This document shows, piece by piece, positions 19,096 to 28,647 of a DNA stretch of 64,000 nucleotides. The stretch lies in IMG/VR virus record IMGVR_UViG_3300046170_000173; one strand, 5' to 3'. Positions within the stretch are counted from its first letter, which is position 1. Each line of letters opens with the position of its first letter. Source of the stretch: a virus. The position numbers and the translations under genes are program-made. A model generated the notes under the pieces. It searched no databases. It was not told the DNA's origin and was given only the letters and a program-made list of their open reading frames with translations.

Positions 19096-19637
19096 TGGCG
19101 AAAGAATATTATGACATTTTTGAAGGTCGCGAAGACAATATTCGCGACAAAGTCCCATTCATAGGTCGACTTCCTTTTGATATGGAGTCGAACTATGGGT
19201 GGACGCAGTTCATGGAAATGATGGACTCGCATCCAGATGACCTATACGATCGTAACTCAGATAAGATGCGTATTGGTCTTAATGCTTTTCATTCTCGCGG
19301 CAGTGCGCCAGAGTTTGCAAAGAACATTTACGAAGAAATGCAAGAAGTATTTTCACTTCACGAAAACAAGATCACTAACATTGCGTTTAGTGGATTTGGT
19401 CGTGCTAGTGGATCTTATCCTTGGCATAAGGATTCGATGGACGTATTCTTGGTTCAGGTTATCTCTACCGTGGGTCTCAAAGTAGAACACATTAATAACG
19501 AGGAACCTTTTGATTTCGAGCCAGGCATGTTCGTCTATTTGCCAAGGGGAACCCATCACCAAGTATTCCCAAGGGTGTCTCGTGTTTCTTTCTCGTTCGG
19601 TGTGGAGGGTGATCCGGACCCATCAAAATACTACTAA
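19095..19637 (+). CDS. Cupin/JmjC-like protein
   Basis: WHKD..DV..VQ and PG...YLPRG..H pattern. Confidence 0.65.
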   Translation: MAKEYYDIFEGREDNIRDKVPFIGRLPFDMESNYGWTQFMEMMDSHPDDLYDRNSDKMRIGLNAFHSRGSAPEFAKNIYEEMQEVFSLHENKITNIAFSGFGRASGSYPWHKDSMDVFLVQVISTVGLKVEHINNEEPFDFEPGMFVYLPRGTHHQVFPRVSRVSFSFGVEGDPDPSKYY

Positions 19638-19647
19638 GGAAATTCTC

Positions 19648-19893
19648 ATGTCTGGTAAAAACGTTGTATCGTTATCAGAGGTCTTGAAAAAAAAACAGGA
19701 TAAAGAGAAAGAACTTGAAATGTATCGAAGACATCTCACAATGATCGAAGACCGCATGGCCTTTCTAGAGATGGATCGAAAAGTTACGACGGAAATCATC
19801 GAGATGATCGAAAACGATGCCGTCGTAGTCGTTGATGATTCTCTACCTATTATACGTTTAGATGATGACGACTATGATGACCTAGATGATTGA
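19648..19893 (+). CDS. Hypothetical coiled-coil protein
   Basis: AAGGA RBS and ATG at 19648. Confidence 0.65.
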   Translation: MSGKNVVSLSEVLKKKQDKEKELEMYRRHLTMIEDRMAFLEMDRKVTTEIIEMIENDAVVVVDDSLPIIRLDDDDYDDLDD

Positions 19894-19955
19894 ATAGTGA
19901 CATATTCACACGTCTAGTGTTACCTTTATACTCATAACGAGTATATATACTATCG

Positions 19956-20015
19956 ACCTGCCACATAAGTGGGGGTTATTTTAAACTTGCTTAAAACTAA
20001 GGAGTTAGCAACATG
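19956..20015 (+). promoter_or_regulatory. ROSE-like RNA thermometer in the sHSP leader
   Basis: AACUU(G)CUUA-AAAC-UAAGGAGUU hairpin pairs U-U-G-C-U with the SD; upstream hairpin ACCUGCCAC-AUAA-GUGGGGGU. Confidence 0.65.
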
Positions 20016-20498
20016 ACATTAACAGCAAAACAACTGTTCCCACGTTCAGCATTCGTCGGATTTGATACTATGATCGACGAACTAGACAGGGTCGCACGAC
20101 ACTCGGGTGATACGTTCCCCCCGCATAATATTCTAAAGACGGGAGAGGATCAATACCTAATCGAGTTAGCCGTCGCCGGTTTCACGGAAGACGAACTCGA
20201 AATCGAAGTAAAGAACCGAACACTTAGCATTCGAGGGTCTGTAAACGACACTAGAGAGTATATTCATAAAGGCATTTCGACGAAAAGATTTGAACGTCAG
20301 TTCCGTCTGTCGGAGTATGTTGAAGTAATGGGAGCTGATTTCAGGAACGGATTACTAGCCATTTCATTGGAAGTAATAATCCCTGAAAGTCAGAAGCCTC
20401 GTAAAGTAGCAATTAATTCGGGCGTCACTTATCAATCGACCCCGCAACTTTTAAACGAGGAGAACAACAATGGAGAAGAGCAACCGAGCCAACTCTAG
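20013..20498 (+). CDS. Small heat-shock protein (Hsp20/IbpA family)
   Basis: VGFD, FPPHNI, IELAVAGF, HKGIS.K.F.R.F.L, NGLL.I.L. Confidence 0.95.
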   Translation: MTLTAKQLFPRSAFVGFDTMIDELDRVARHSGDTFPPHNILKTGEDQYLIELAVAGFTEDELEIEVKNRTLSIRGSVNDTREYIHKGISTKRFERQFRLSEYVEVMGADFRNGLLAISLEVIIPESQKPRKVAINSGVTYQSTPQLLNEENNNGEEQPSQL

Positions 20499-20577
20499 GT
20501 TAGAAGAGATGGGTTGGATGTTCGCAGGACTATCAAGCGTATTCGTGGTAGCCGTCTGTGTCCAACAACTAATGTAA
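20470..20577 (+). CDS. Small single-TM protein (35 aa)
   Basis: GAGGAG RBS; MEKSNRANSRLEEMGWMFAGLSSVFVVAVCVQQLM; ends just before the terminator. Confidence 0.5.
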   Translation: MEKSNRANSRLEEMGWMFAGLSSVFVVAVCVQQLM

Positions 20578-20582
20578 TAAAT

Positions 20583-20607
20583 AAGGGAACTTCGGTTCCC
20601 TTTTTTT
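20583..20607 (+). terminator. Rho-independent terminator
   Basis: GGGAAC-TTCG-GTTCCC followed by T7. Confidence 0.9.
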
Positions 20608-21321
20608 ATGTGTATGAACTACGATATCGACAAATTTAATGAATGTGGTTACGTTATAGTCACTGACTTTATGGATGAGACACATCACTGGCGTCTCAAT
20701 ATGGAGTGTGATATGTATCGTGAGTTTGCTTGCGGATTGGTTCGCAACGATCACGGGTGGATATTGAATTCTCCAAATAACCCCTGTAAACTAGACGGTG
20801 CTATGATGCGCAGTCATATCTTTCGAGATCTAGCCTCTAATGAGACATTGGTGTCTACCGCCCAACAATTATTGGACATCGAAGATCTCGACACCTACAT
20901 ATCTAAGTTTTTTCCTATGGTACCCAGAGAGGGATTCTCTGTTGGATGGCACCAAGACAACCACTACATTCGTGCAAACGCAAAACGACTAGTCAGTTGT
21001 GACGTATTCGTTAACGGCGCGGACAAGGAAAATGGATGTCTGAGAGTCGTCGCTGGATCTCATAACCGAACCTTCCTACATAACGATAAATCGCATGATG
21101 CGTTCCGATGGATTCATGTTGATGAGTCTGAAATGGACATAACCGACATCGAGTTAGACAAACCATTCGCTGTGTTCTTCCACGTGGATCTGGTACACGG
21201 TTGTTATAGAAACAAAAGTGACAGACATAGGTACAGTATTGCGTGGGAATACATACAGAGAGGGTATGTCCCACAAACACATAAAGATCACCAATCACAA
21301 GACAGGCTCCCCGTACTATGA
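20608..21321 (+). CDS. Phytanoyl-CoA dioxygenase (PhyH) family 2OG-Fe(II) oxygenase
   Basis: GYVIV, WHQD, ENGCL.V..GSH, LVHG...N.S...R. Confidence 0.85.
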   Translation: MCMNYDIDKFNECGYVIVTDFMDETHHWRLNMECDMYREFACGLVRNDHGWILNSPNNPCKLDGAMMRSHIFRDLASNETLVSTAQQLLDIEDLDTYISKFFPMVPREGFSVGWHQDNHYIRANAKRLVSCDVFVNGADKENGCLRVVAGSHNRTFLHNDKSHDAFRWIHVDESEMDITDIELDKPFAVFFHVDLVHGCYRNKSDRHRYSIAWEYIQRGYVPQTHKDHQSQDRLPVL

Positions 21322-22127
21322 AAGTAGTCCAGATCGTCATAAAGGGAAACAAAGTATCCGAAGAATATGCAGCACTCTCGCAGTATTCATTCGAACGCGC
21401 CTTGCGTGAGGGATATATTGATTCTATAGAACATTTCGATGCAATCACCCCAGAGTCTGAAGACTTCCAAGAACACGTAGACCGATACACATGGTCTCGT
21501 AGTTTGATGACACTGGACAATAAGAAGTTCGGTCAACCAAAGGACGACCACTCCCCTACAGAGAAGGCGGGGATGTGTTCTCACTGGGAGATCATGCGTC
21601 AGTGTGCGGTTAGCGGTGAACGCGTGTGGGTCATCGAACATGACACGTGGATGTTAGAAGAACGATACGAGTCCTTTAAGGCTCTGGTAACTCTAACACC
21701 CGAAACTCTCTATGCAAACATTGGACTGTTCATGGGTATGTATTCTCTCGACCCAAGATTCTGTCACTGGGCGTATCACATGTTGACTACCAATGACTTT
21801 CCGATAAACTGCGGTCCTTACTGTGTTCTTCAACGTCTTTTCAGAACATACACCACAAATCACCTATCACATCCGGATATTAATTACTACGGAAAGCACG
21901 TTACTTCTTTACACCCATGGCATAACTGTGATACTATAGGCGTTGGTCGTGAAATTGGGAAGTTCTTTAATACAAATGATCCATTGGATAAATCACACGG
22001 GTTGCCTACGCCCACAACTCAGGTTGTTTCGAAAAGACTCGCTGTCACTCAGGAACATCACAGTTACAAACAGCAGTTACAAGACGAACCTTGGAAGAGG
22101 CATAAATTTTTTCACGTTATTGATTGA
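21318..22127 (+). CDS. Glycosyltransferase family 25-like protein
   Basis: FDAI, E.AG..SH...W/M, V.EHD pattern. Confidence 0.55.
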   Translation: MKVVQIVIKGNKVSEEYAALSQYSFERALREGYIDSIEHFDAITPESEDFQEHVDRYTWSRSLMTLDNKKFGQPKDDHSPTEKAGMCSHWEIMRQCAVSGERVWVIEHDTWMLEERYESFKALVTLTPETLYANIGLFMGMYSLDPRFCHWAYHMLTTNDFPINCGPYCVLQRLFRTYTTNHLSHPDINYYGKHVTSLHPWHNCDTIGVGREIGKFFNTNDPLDKSHGLPTPTTQVVSKRLAVTQEHHSYKQQLQDEPWKRHKFFHVID

Positions 22128-22152
22128 CATAGCCTTTACAATGGGGTATAAT
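22124..22152 (+). promoter_or_regulatory. sigma70 consensus promoter
   Basis: TTGACA-N17-TATAAT upstream of gp43. Confidence 0.8.
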
Positions 22153-22159
22153 GCGTCCC

Positions 22160-24631
22160 ATGAGTAAATTTTATACATCCGTGTTGCGAATGGGCAACAA
22201 CATACTGTATCGCGGTTACGACAACGGTCGTCAAATTAAACTGCGCGTACCCTTCAAACCCAAACTCTATGTTACCGGAAACTCTCCGTCAGACTGGAGA
22301 ACCCTAGACGGCACTTCCGTGATGGAAATGCAGTTTGACTCGATGAAGGAGGCTACGGAATTCACCAAACAGTATCGAGATGTCTCCAACTTCAAGGTCT
22401 ACGGTATGACCAACTACGCGATGCAGTTCATCGCGGAGACCTTCCCTAACGACATCAAGTTCGATCGCGAACAGGTTCGGGTACTTAACATCGATATTGA
22501 GGTCGCGTCCGACCAAGGGTTCCCATCACCAGACATTGCGGAACATCCGATAATTTCTATCTCAATACGCAACAACGATGGTATGTATTGGGTCTGGGGG
22601 CTCAACGACTACACGCCCACGCGCGAGGATGTTCTGTTTATCAAGTGCGACAACGAGGATGATCTACTGCGTAAGTTTGTAGACCACTGGGTCACCTACT
22701 CACCCGATATCATCACCGGATGGAACACACGATTCTTCGATATCCCCTACATCGTCAACCGATGTTACCGAATGTATGGTGACGACACGTTAGTAAAACG
22801 TCTCTCACCTTGGGGTGCGGTGCGTGAACGTGTACAGAAGATCAATGGGCGTGACAATCAAGAATATATCATTGAGGGTGTCGAACATCTCGACTATCTT
22901 GAGGTCTTCAAGAAATTCACCCTGAACACTTTGGGACAACAAGAGTCATATCGACTTGACCATATCGCCCACGTCGTCCTAGACGAACGCAAACTCTCAT
23001 ATGAGGAACACGGAAACCTACACACTCTCTATCGTGAGGACTACCAGAAGTTTATTGACTACAACGTCAAAGACGTGGAGTTGGTACACAAACTCGATGA
23101 GAAACTCGACCTTATTTCTCTGGTTCTGACTATGGCGTATCGCGGTGGTGTGAACTACGGAGACACCTTGGGTACCACGAACATTTGGGACTCGATCATC
23201 TATCGACTTCTGAATAAGAACAAGATCGCAATCCCACCCAAGACCGAAAAACCGAAGACTCCATATCCAGGCGGTTATGTTAAAGAACCACAGGTAGGAT
23301 CGCATGAATGGGTCACCTCGTTCGACTTGAACTCTCTATACCCGAACATCATTGTTCAGTATAACATGTCTCCAGAGACCGTTATGGACGGTCTGGTGGA
23401 CGTATCGGTAGAGTCTTTCCTTGATGGTCAACAGATACAAGGTGAAGGATATTCCCTCGCGCCCACGGGTGTGCGATTCTCTCACGAACGCAAAGGTGTG
23501 ATCCCGCAGATCATTGAACAGTACTATGCAGAACGTCGGATCATCAAGGATCAGATGCTCAAGTTGGATCAAGAGTATCAGAACAATCCGTCCAAGTCTC
23601 TTCAGTACAAGATCACATCACTAAACAACCAACAGATGGCGATCAAGATCCTAATGAACTCACTCTATGGTGCGTTGGGTAACAAGTGGTTCCGTTACTT
23701 TGATCAACGGGTCGCCGAGTCTATCACGATGGCAGGTCAGTTGGCAATCAAATGGGCAGAGAGGGCCGTTAATAATGAAATGCAAAAAATACTTGAAACA
23801 GAAGAAGACTATGTGGTGGCAATTGATACGGACTCTGTTTATATTAGGATGGGGTGCCTTGTTGACAAGTTTGCTCCTAAAAATCCAGTAAAGTTTTTAG
23901 ACAATATTTGCCGAGAACACTTTGAAAAAACACTTGATGAGTCATACGCAAAGATGGCAGAGATCACAGGTGCATATGTCAACCGCATGGAGATGGGTCG
24001 TGAGGTTATCGCAGATCGTGGGATTTGGATGGCGAAGAAACGATACATCCTAAACGTCCACAACAATGAAGGTGTCCAGTACACAGAACCTAAACTCAAG
24101 ATGATGGGTATCGAAGCGATCAAATCTTCCACTCCGCAGGTCGTCCGTGATAAGTTCAAGGAGATCTTCCGCGTCATTGTGGAGGGTACTGAGACTGACA
24201 CTCAAGGATATATTCGAGACTTCCGGTCCCACTTCAAGACTCTGCCTCCCGAAGATGTGTCTTTCCCTCGTGGTGTTTCCAACCTTGATAAGTGGATCGA
24301 CCGTGAACATGTTTTTAAGAAATCATGCCCGATTCACGTGCGTGGCGCGTTGACCTATAACAACGCGATCAAACAGAACGATCTCACCACACGTTATGAA
24401 AACGTGACGACCGGAACCAAGATCAAGTTCTGTTACCTCAAACTGCCTAACCGATTGGGACAGAACGTCGTATCGTTCCCTCTCAATCTACCCCCTGAAC
24501 TCGGTCTACACAAGTTCGTAGACTATGACATGATGTTCGACAAGACCTTCCTTGACCCACTGGAACCGATCCTTGATGCGGTCGGGTGGAAGGCAGAACC
24601 AGCCGCAACCCTTGAGGACTTTTTTGGATGA
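22160..24631 (+). CDS. gp43: Family B DNA polymerase
   Basis: DIEV exonuclease motif, [30 protein letters not shown]; C-terminal clamp-binding LEDFF. Confidence 0.99.
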   Translation: MSKFYTSVLRMGNNILYRGYDNGRQIKLRVPFKPKLYVTGNSPSDWRTLDGTSVMEMQFDSMKEATEFTKQYRDVSNFKVYGMTNYAMQFIAETFPNDIKFDREQVRVLNIDIEVASDQGFPSPDIAEHPIISISIRNNDGMYWVWGLNDYTPTREDVLFIKCDNEDDLLRKFVDHWVTYSPDIITGWNTRFFDIPYIVNRCYRMYGDDTLVKRLSPWGAVRERVQKINGRDNQEYIIEGVEHLDYLEVFKKFTLNTLGQQESYRLDHIAHVVLDERKLSYEEHGNLHTLYREDYQKFIDYNVKDVELVHKLDEKLDLISLVLTMAYRGGVNYGDTLGTTNIWDSIIYRLLNKNKIAIPPKTEKPKTPYPGGYVKEPQVGSHEWVTSFDLNSLYPNIIVQYNMSPETVMDGLVDVSVESFLDGQQIQGEGYSLAPTGVRFSHERKGVIPQIIEQYYAERRIIKDQMLKLDQEYQNNPSKSLQYKITSLNNQQMAIKILMNSLYGALGNKWFRYFDQRVAESITMAGQLAIKWAERAVNNEMQKILETEEDYVVAIDTDSVYIRMGCLVDKFAPKNPVKFLDNICREHFEKTLDESYAKMAEITGAYVNRMEMGREVIADRGIWMAKKRYILNVHNNEGVQYTEPKLKMMGIEAIKSSTPQVVRDKFKEIFRVIVEGTETDTQGYIRDFRSHFKTLPPEDVSFPRGVSNLDKWIDREHVFKKSCPIHVRGALTYNNAIKQNDLTTRYENVTTGTKIKFCYLKLPNRLGQNVVSFPLNLPPELGLHKFVDYDMMFDKTFLDPLEPILDAVGWKAEPAATLEDFFG

Positions 24632-24996
24632 TTACTGATTTCTGTGTAATATGTGGTACGAAGGATGATCTTCACGTCCACCATATTGTTTGTAAAAAAA
24701 GTGTACTGAAACCTGTATCTGGCGATTATGATGACCCTACAAATCTGATAACTCTTTGTGTCGAACATCATGGGTGGATACATGGTTTGAAACCTAATAG
24801 ATTCAATAACCACCATAATCTAACAAGAAATGGTGTAGAGAGAGCAAAAAAGGAAGGAAAATATAAAGGACGCGCACCAACTGCGAGAAAGTTGGGTAAC
24901 CGCATTCAAGAACTGCATCTCGGAGGAATGAAACCCTCTGCAATTGCAAAGGAACTCAATATCGGAGTTGCGTCGGTTTATCGATATAGAACCTAA
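24628..24996 (+). CDS. HNH endonuclease fused to a resolvase-type HTH
   Basis: CVICG....LHVHHI...NLITLC..HH..IH, then [13 protein letters not shown] and [14 protein letters not shown]. Confidence 0.75.
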   Translation: MITDFCVICGTKDDLHVHHIVCKKSVLKPVSGDYDDPTNLITLCVEHHGWIHGLKPNRFNNHHNLTRNGVERAKKEGKYKGRAPTARKLGNRIQELHLGGMKPSAIAKELNIGVASVYRYRT

Positions 24997-24997
24997 A

Positions 24998-25092
24998 AAT
25001 GGGAATATTACCATAAAAAAGTTTTAAAAAAGTGTTGACTTTCTCTCATCCTTTGGTATAATGGGTACATAAAGTGATGAGAGATGATTATG
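24998..25092 (+). repeat. Early promoter/RBS cassette, copy A
   Basis: AAGTGTTGACTTTCTCTCAT.CTTTGGTATAATGG.TACATAAAGT.ATGAGAGA, near-identical to copy B. Confidence 0.8.
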
Positions 25093-25257
25093 ACTTACGA
25101 AGAAAAGATTGCAATGTACGATGAGAAGCTGAAGTACGAAGTGTGCCCGATGCGCATTCGTCAACTTGAGGGTCGAAAGTACACTTTGATGTTCGAAGAA
25201 GTTGAACGCCGCCTCAACGAGTTTGTTGGTCCTAAGATGGAGATCCCACTGCAATGA
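25090..25257 (+). CDS. Small early hypothetical protein (55 aa)
   Basis: Directly downstream of cassette A; stop overlaps the next ATG. Confidence 0.65.
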   Translation: MTYEEKIAMYDEKLKYEVCPMRIRQLEGRKYTLMFEEVERRLNEFVGPKMEIPLQ

Positions 25258-25832
25258 ATGTAACAAAGTCACAGATAGAACAATATGGTAAAGTGTTTAA
25301 GGATAGGTCGAATTCTTTCGATGATTGTGGAGACTTAGACCTCTTCATTCATCGTCATTTAAGAAACAACTCCTACTTCAGAGAATATATCACTTCCATT
25401 GTGGGAGAAATGTCCTTGACTGTCGGTCGTCATGTAGATGGTCAAATGGGTGTTGATTTGTCATTATTTAACCATGATACCGGAGAGCGCGTTCTCGATA
25501 TTGATCTTGAACGATGGAATGCATGGGGCACTGAGTGGCCAACTAACTATCGTTGGATACACGTCTTGGGTAGAAAGACAAAGTATGTTGAGTCCAATGT
25601 CCCTTTTTTATTCTGTCCCATGAGTCAAAATCGGGATCGTTTTTTAGTTGTTGATACCAAAGTGATCAAAAAGTATCCAGTTAAGAACAAGTATTTTGTC
25701 GGTAAAGGTCATAGTGATAATGTTCGAGAAGTACCAATGACTCAGGGATACATCTTTGGGTCGTATACTCTGAGAGAAAAGTCGCTTTTTAAGACTTGGA
25801 CAGAGACAGTAAATCTCTTCTCTATAATGTGA
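25254..25832 (+). CDS. Hypothetical protein (possible PD-(D/E)XK-like fold)
   Basis: Open 192-aa frame; GVDL...DIDLE pattern (weak). Confidence 0.6.
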   Translation: MNVTKSQIEQYGKVFKDRSNSFDDCGDLDLFIHRHLRNNSYFREYITSIVGEMSLTVGRHVDGQMGVDLSLFNHDTGERVLDIDLERWNAWGTEWPTNYRWIHVLGRKTKYVESNVPFLFCPMSQNRDRFLVVDTKVIKKYPVKNKYFVGKGHSDNVREVPMTQGYIFGSYTLREKSLFKTWTETVNLFSIM

Positions 25833-25923
25833 CTTATTACCTAAAAAAAGTCACGTTTAAGTGTTGACTTTCTCTCATACTTTGGTATAATGGTTACATA
25901 AAGTCATGAGAGAGGTTGTTATG
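25826..25923 (+). repeat. Early promoter/RBS cassette, copy B
   Basis: GTGACT-N14-AGTCAC, then TTGACT-N16-TATAAT, TACATAAA, ATGAGAGAGG. Confidence 0.8.
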
Positions 25924-26106
25924 GGATACAGAATTTTGAACATTTCAGATGAAACCCGCGAGAAGTATCAAGAGCGTGTGGGTCTGGAAGGTCCGTTTTT
26001 CTATGACGGTGATAGAGTCTTATATTATGATGCACGTGAAGGTGCCTATCTCGATCCCACTACCGACATGTACTTAACCTATGATGAATATCAGGAGTTT
26101 GTGTAA
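25921..26106 (+). CDS. Small early hypothetical protein
   Basis: GLEGPF....VLYYD..EG.Y.DP.TD.Y motif; behind cassette B. Confidence 0.7.
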   Translation: MGYRILNISDETREKYQERVGLEGPFFYDGDRVLYYDAREGAYLDPTTDMYLTYDEYQEFV

Positions 26107-26627
26107 TGAGTAATTCAATTATTGTTGTTATCGCCACTCAGTTTCGTGAGAACTACGGTGCCCACGATTGGGACGGTGAGGGTTACTGCCCTCAACACTG
26201 GAAGTCTAAGGGTGGCGACACCTACTTCATTAACGCGTCGGCGGATGATATCGCCAACACTCAGTGGTGGGTCGACGTTGAGCGTTCTATCGAGCACTCA
26301 TCTGCATACTCTGAGGAGTACATCATCTCTGAGTCGGTCGTCGATCTTATCGACTTCCGTGAGGAAGACCACATCGAGTTCTGGGAGTCCGCGATCTACG
26401 CGTCGGTAGACTTCGGTCAGTTGTACTGCGAGAAGAAGGCACTCAACTTCGAGAACGAGGTTGTCGGTGTCCGTCGATGGGAACAGGACTCTATGGGTAA
26501 GGACGCATGTTCTCTCACGGACCTTGATGAACCTGTGCGCGAGGAATGGCGCGTCAAGAAAGAGATGGGTATGTATGGTGTCGAAGAACAGTTCGATGAA
26601 ATAGAGTCTTTACTGGGAGCCGCATAA
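26106..26627 (+). CDS. Hypothetical protein
   Basis: TQFRENYGAHDWDG.G.CPQ.WK.KGG; RBS and translational coupling. Confidence 0.75.
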   Translation: MSNSIIVVIATQFRENYGAHDWDGEGYCPQHWKSKGGDTYFINASADDIANTQWWVDVERSIEHSSAYSEEYIISESVVDLIDFREEDHIEFWESAIYASVDFGQLYCEKKALNFENEVVGVRRWEQDSMGKDACSLTDLDEPVREEWRVKKEMGMYGVEEQFDEIESLLGAA

Positions 26628-26685
26628 TCTTCTTGACACCAGAGGCTATATACTGTATACTAGTCGAAAATAGTAAAGGTATATT

Positions 26686-27834
26686 ATGAATTACTCCCCA
26701 TACACATTACAGGATGTCTATGACGCGGCATCCCAGAAAAAGTTCAACGTCATCTCCACCTTCGCCGGTGGGGGTGGTTCGTCTACAGGTTATCGCCTTG
26801 CGGGAGGAGACATCCTCGCTATCAATGAGTTTGTTGAAGAGGCACGAAACACCTATCAGGATAACTACCCAACAACACCCATTGTACCGGACGATATTAA
26901 AGAGTTAACCGGACAAACCTTCCTTGATCTTACAGGTCTCAAAAAAGGTGAACTGGATATCTTAGATGGATCACCGCCCTGTTCCGCATTCTCTGTTGCG
27001 GGTAAACTGTCACATTCATCTGACGGTAAACACTCAGATGGTTGGGGCCAGACCAAGACCTATTCGGACGGCAAGGTTGTCGAGAATATCGAAGATCTGT
27101 TCTTTGAGTTCTTGCGTGTCGCGAACGACATTCAACCCAAGGTTATCGTTGCAGAGAATGTGAAAGGTCTCACTGTCGGTGAGGCGAAAGAGTATTACAA
27201 TCGTATCCTGAATGAGTTTGAGAACATCGGGTACGAGGTCGTATCTGAAGTTATGGATTCACGCTACTACGGAGTATCGCAAACACGTACACGTGTGATC
27301 TTTATTGCAGTACGCAACGACGTTGCGGAAGAGGTGGGTCTTAATTTTTTGACAATGAACCACTTATTTCCTGCCCCATCGCGTGAGGTCATCCCGTTAA
27401 AGAACGCTCTAGTTAATCTGGAGTACGATGAAGATGAGGTAAAGGAACTAACAGAAAAGTTTGAAAGAACCGCATACTGGAAACAAACGGGATCTCAGAT
27501 GCCCACATATCCAGACAAAGTACTGACGGGTATGGACTATCATCCGAAGGGTCATCACTTCAATTTAAAACGTGTATCACTTGAGGTGCCTGCACCAACA
27601 CTAACCGCGATGGGTAATGGTAACTCGACTGCGGGTGCATTCCATTGGGCAGAACCAAGGAAGTTGACACTCGGCGAATTAAAGCGTATAATGTCTCTAC
27701 CAGATGATTTTAAACTTACGGGTAAGTGGAACCAGAAGGCAGAACGCATCGGACGCATGGTGCCTCCGTTGATGATGAAGTCGGTGGCAGAATCCGTATA
27801 TGAGAACGTGTTGAAGGTATACAATGAAAGATAG
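26686..27834 (+). CDS. DNA cytosine-C5 methyltransferase family protein (candidate carboxymethyltransferase)
   Basis: Motifs I (FAGGGG), IV (GSPPC), VI (ENV), VIII (QTRTR), IX (R.LT..E..R) and variant X (IGRMVPP). Confidence 0.93.
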   Translation: MNYSPYTLQDVYDAASQKKFNVISTFAGGGGSSTGYRLAGGDILAINEFVEEARNTYQDNYPTTPIVPDDIKELTGQTFLDLTGLKKGELDILDGSPPCSAFSVAGKLSHSSDGKHSDGWGQTKTYSDGKVVENIEDLFFEFLRVANDIQPKVIVAENVKGLTVGEAKEYYNRILNEFENIGYEVVSEVMDSRYYGVSQTRTRVIFIAVRNDVAEEVGLNFLTMNHLFPAPSREVIPLKNALVNLEYDEDEVKELTEKFERTAYWKQTGSQMPTYPDKVLTGMDYHPKGHHFNLKRVSLEVPAPTLTAMGNGNSTAGAFHWAEPRKLTLGELKRIMSLPDDFKLTGKWNQKAERIGRMVPPLMMKSVAESVYENVLKVYNER

Positions 27835-28546
27835 AGAGAGTTATAACAAACCAGACTTTAGTTTTGCCCACCGTGAGGAAGGATTCGATAATCACATCGA
27901 AAACTCGATTCGTGGTTACAGTAATCTACATCATGATGTCATAAAGTTATCCGAATACTTCGTCGAGGATCTAACCGACGTTGTCGACATCGGTTGTTCG
28001 ACGGGTAAGACTATCTACGAAATGATGAAACAGAACAATCGATTCGCACCTCTAGCACATTACTCTGGTATTGAGTACGCATCCGGATTTGTTGATGATA
28101 TGAATGCTCGTCACAAGCAGATTGATAATGAGGGTCTGGGTGATGTAGACTTTCATAACATGGACGTGCGTAACGCATCATTTGCAAACTGTTCTCTTAT
28201 CACTTCTCTGTTCACTTTACAGTTCATGCCCCCTCATTCACGACGTGACTTGATGAAGAAAATATATCACGGTCTGAACACAGGTGGCGCTTTCATATTT
28301 GCAGAGAAGACTATGGCGAGAGATGCTCGTCTTCAGGAAATCATGACGTTTCAATTCTATGACCATAAGTCTAAGAACTTTGAGGCGGAAGACTTGTTAT
28401 CAAAAGAACGGGAACTCCGCTCAATGATGAAATGTTGTACTTGGAGGGAATTGCACTCACTTTGCATGACCGCAGGGTTTGACTCTACGAAGATCCAACC
28501 ATTCTGGCAGAACCATCTATTTGTCGGTGCAATCGCCATCAAATAA
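27824..28546 (+). CDS. cmoA: CmoA-like carboxy-S-adenosyl-L-methionine synthase / class I SAM-dependent enzyme
   Basis: F.F....FD.HI..SI.GY, DIGCSTG, FTLQF, IY.GLN.GG.FIFAEK, AGF....FWQ...F....A.K follow the CmoA layout; overlaps the MTase by 11 nt. Confidence 0.8.
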   Translation: MKDRESYNKPDFSFAHREEGFDNHIENSIRGYSNLHHDVIKLSEYFVEDLTDVVDIGCSTGKTIYEMMKQNNRFAPLAHYSGIEYASGFVDDMNARHKQIDNEGLGDVDFHNMDVRNASFANCSLITSLFTLQFMPPHSRRDLMKKIYHGLNTGGAFIFAEKTMARDARLQEIMTFQFYDHKSKNFEAEDLLSKERELRSMMKCCTWRELHSLCMTAGFDSTKIQPFWQNHLFVGAIAIK

Positions 28547-28647
28547 ATGTGACTAATTACCAAAAATAAGTCACGATTAGCTGTTGACAATTCCGTCAGA
28601 TTTAGTATAATGGTTACATAAATTGATGAGAGAGAGAAATTGATATG
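28546..28647 (+). repeat. Early promoter/RBS cassette, copy C
   Basis: GTGACT-N14-AGTCAC, TTGACA-N16-TATAAT, GGTTACATAAA..GATGAGAGA. Confidence 0.75.

Noticed and set aside
22160-24631. Intein or intron in DNA polymerase or other core genes
   Set aside because: Lengths and motif spacing are normal; no insertion seen
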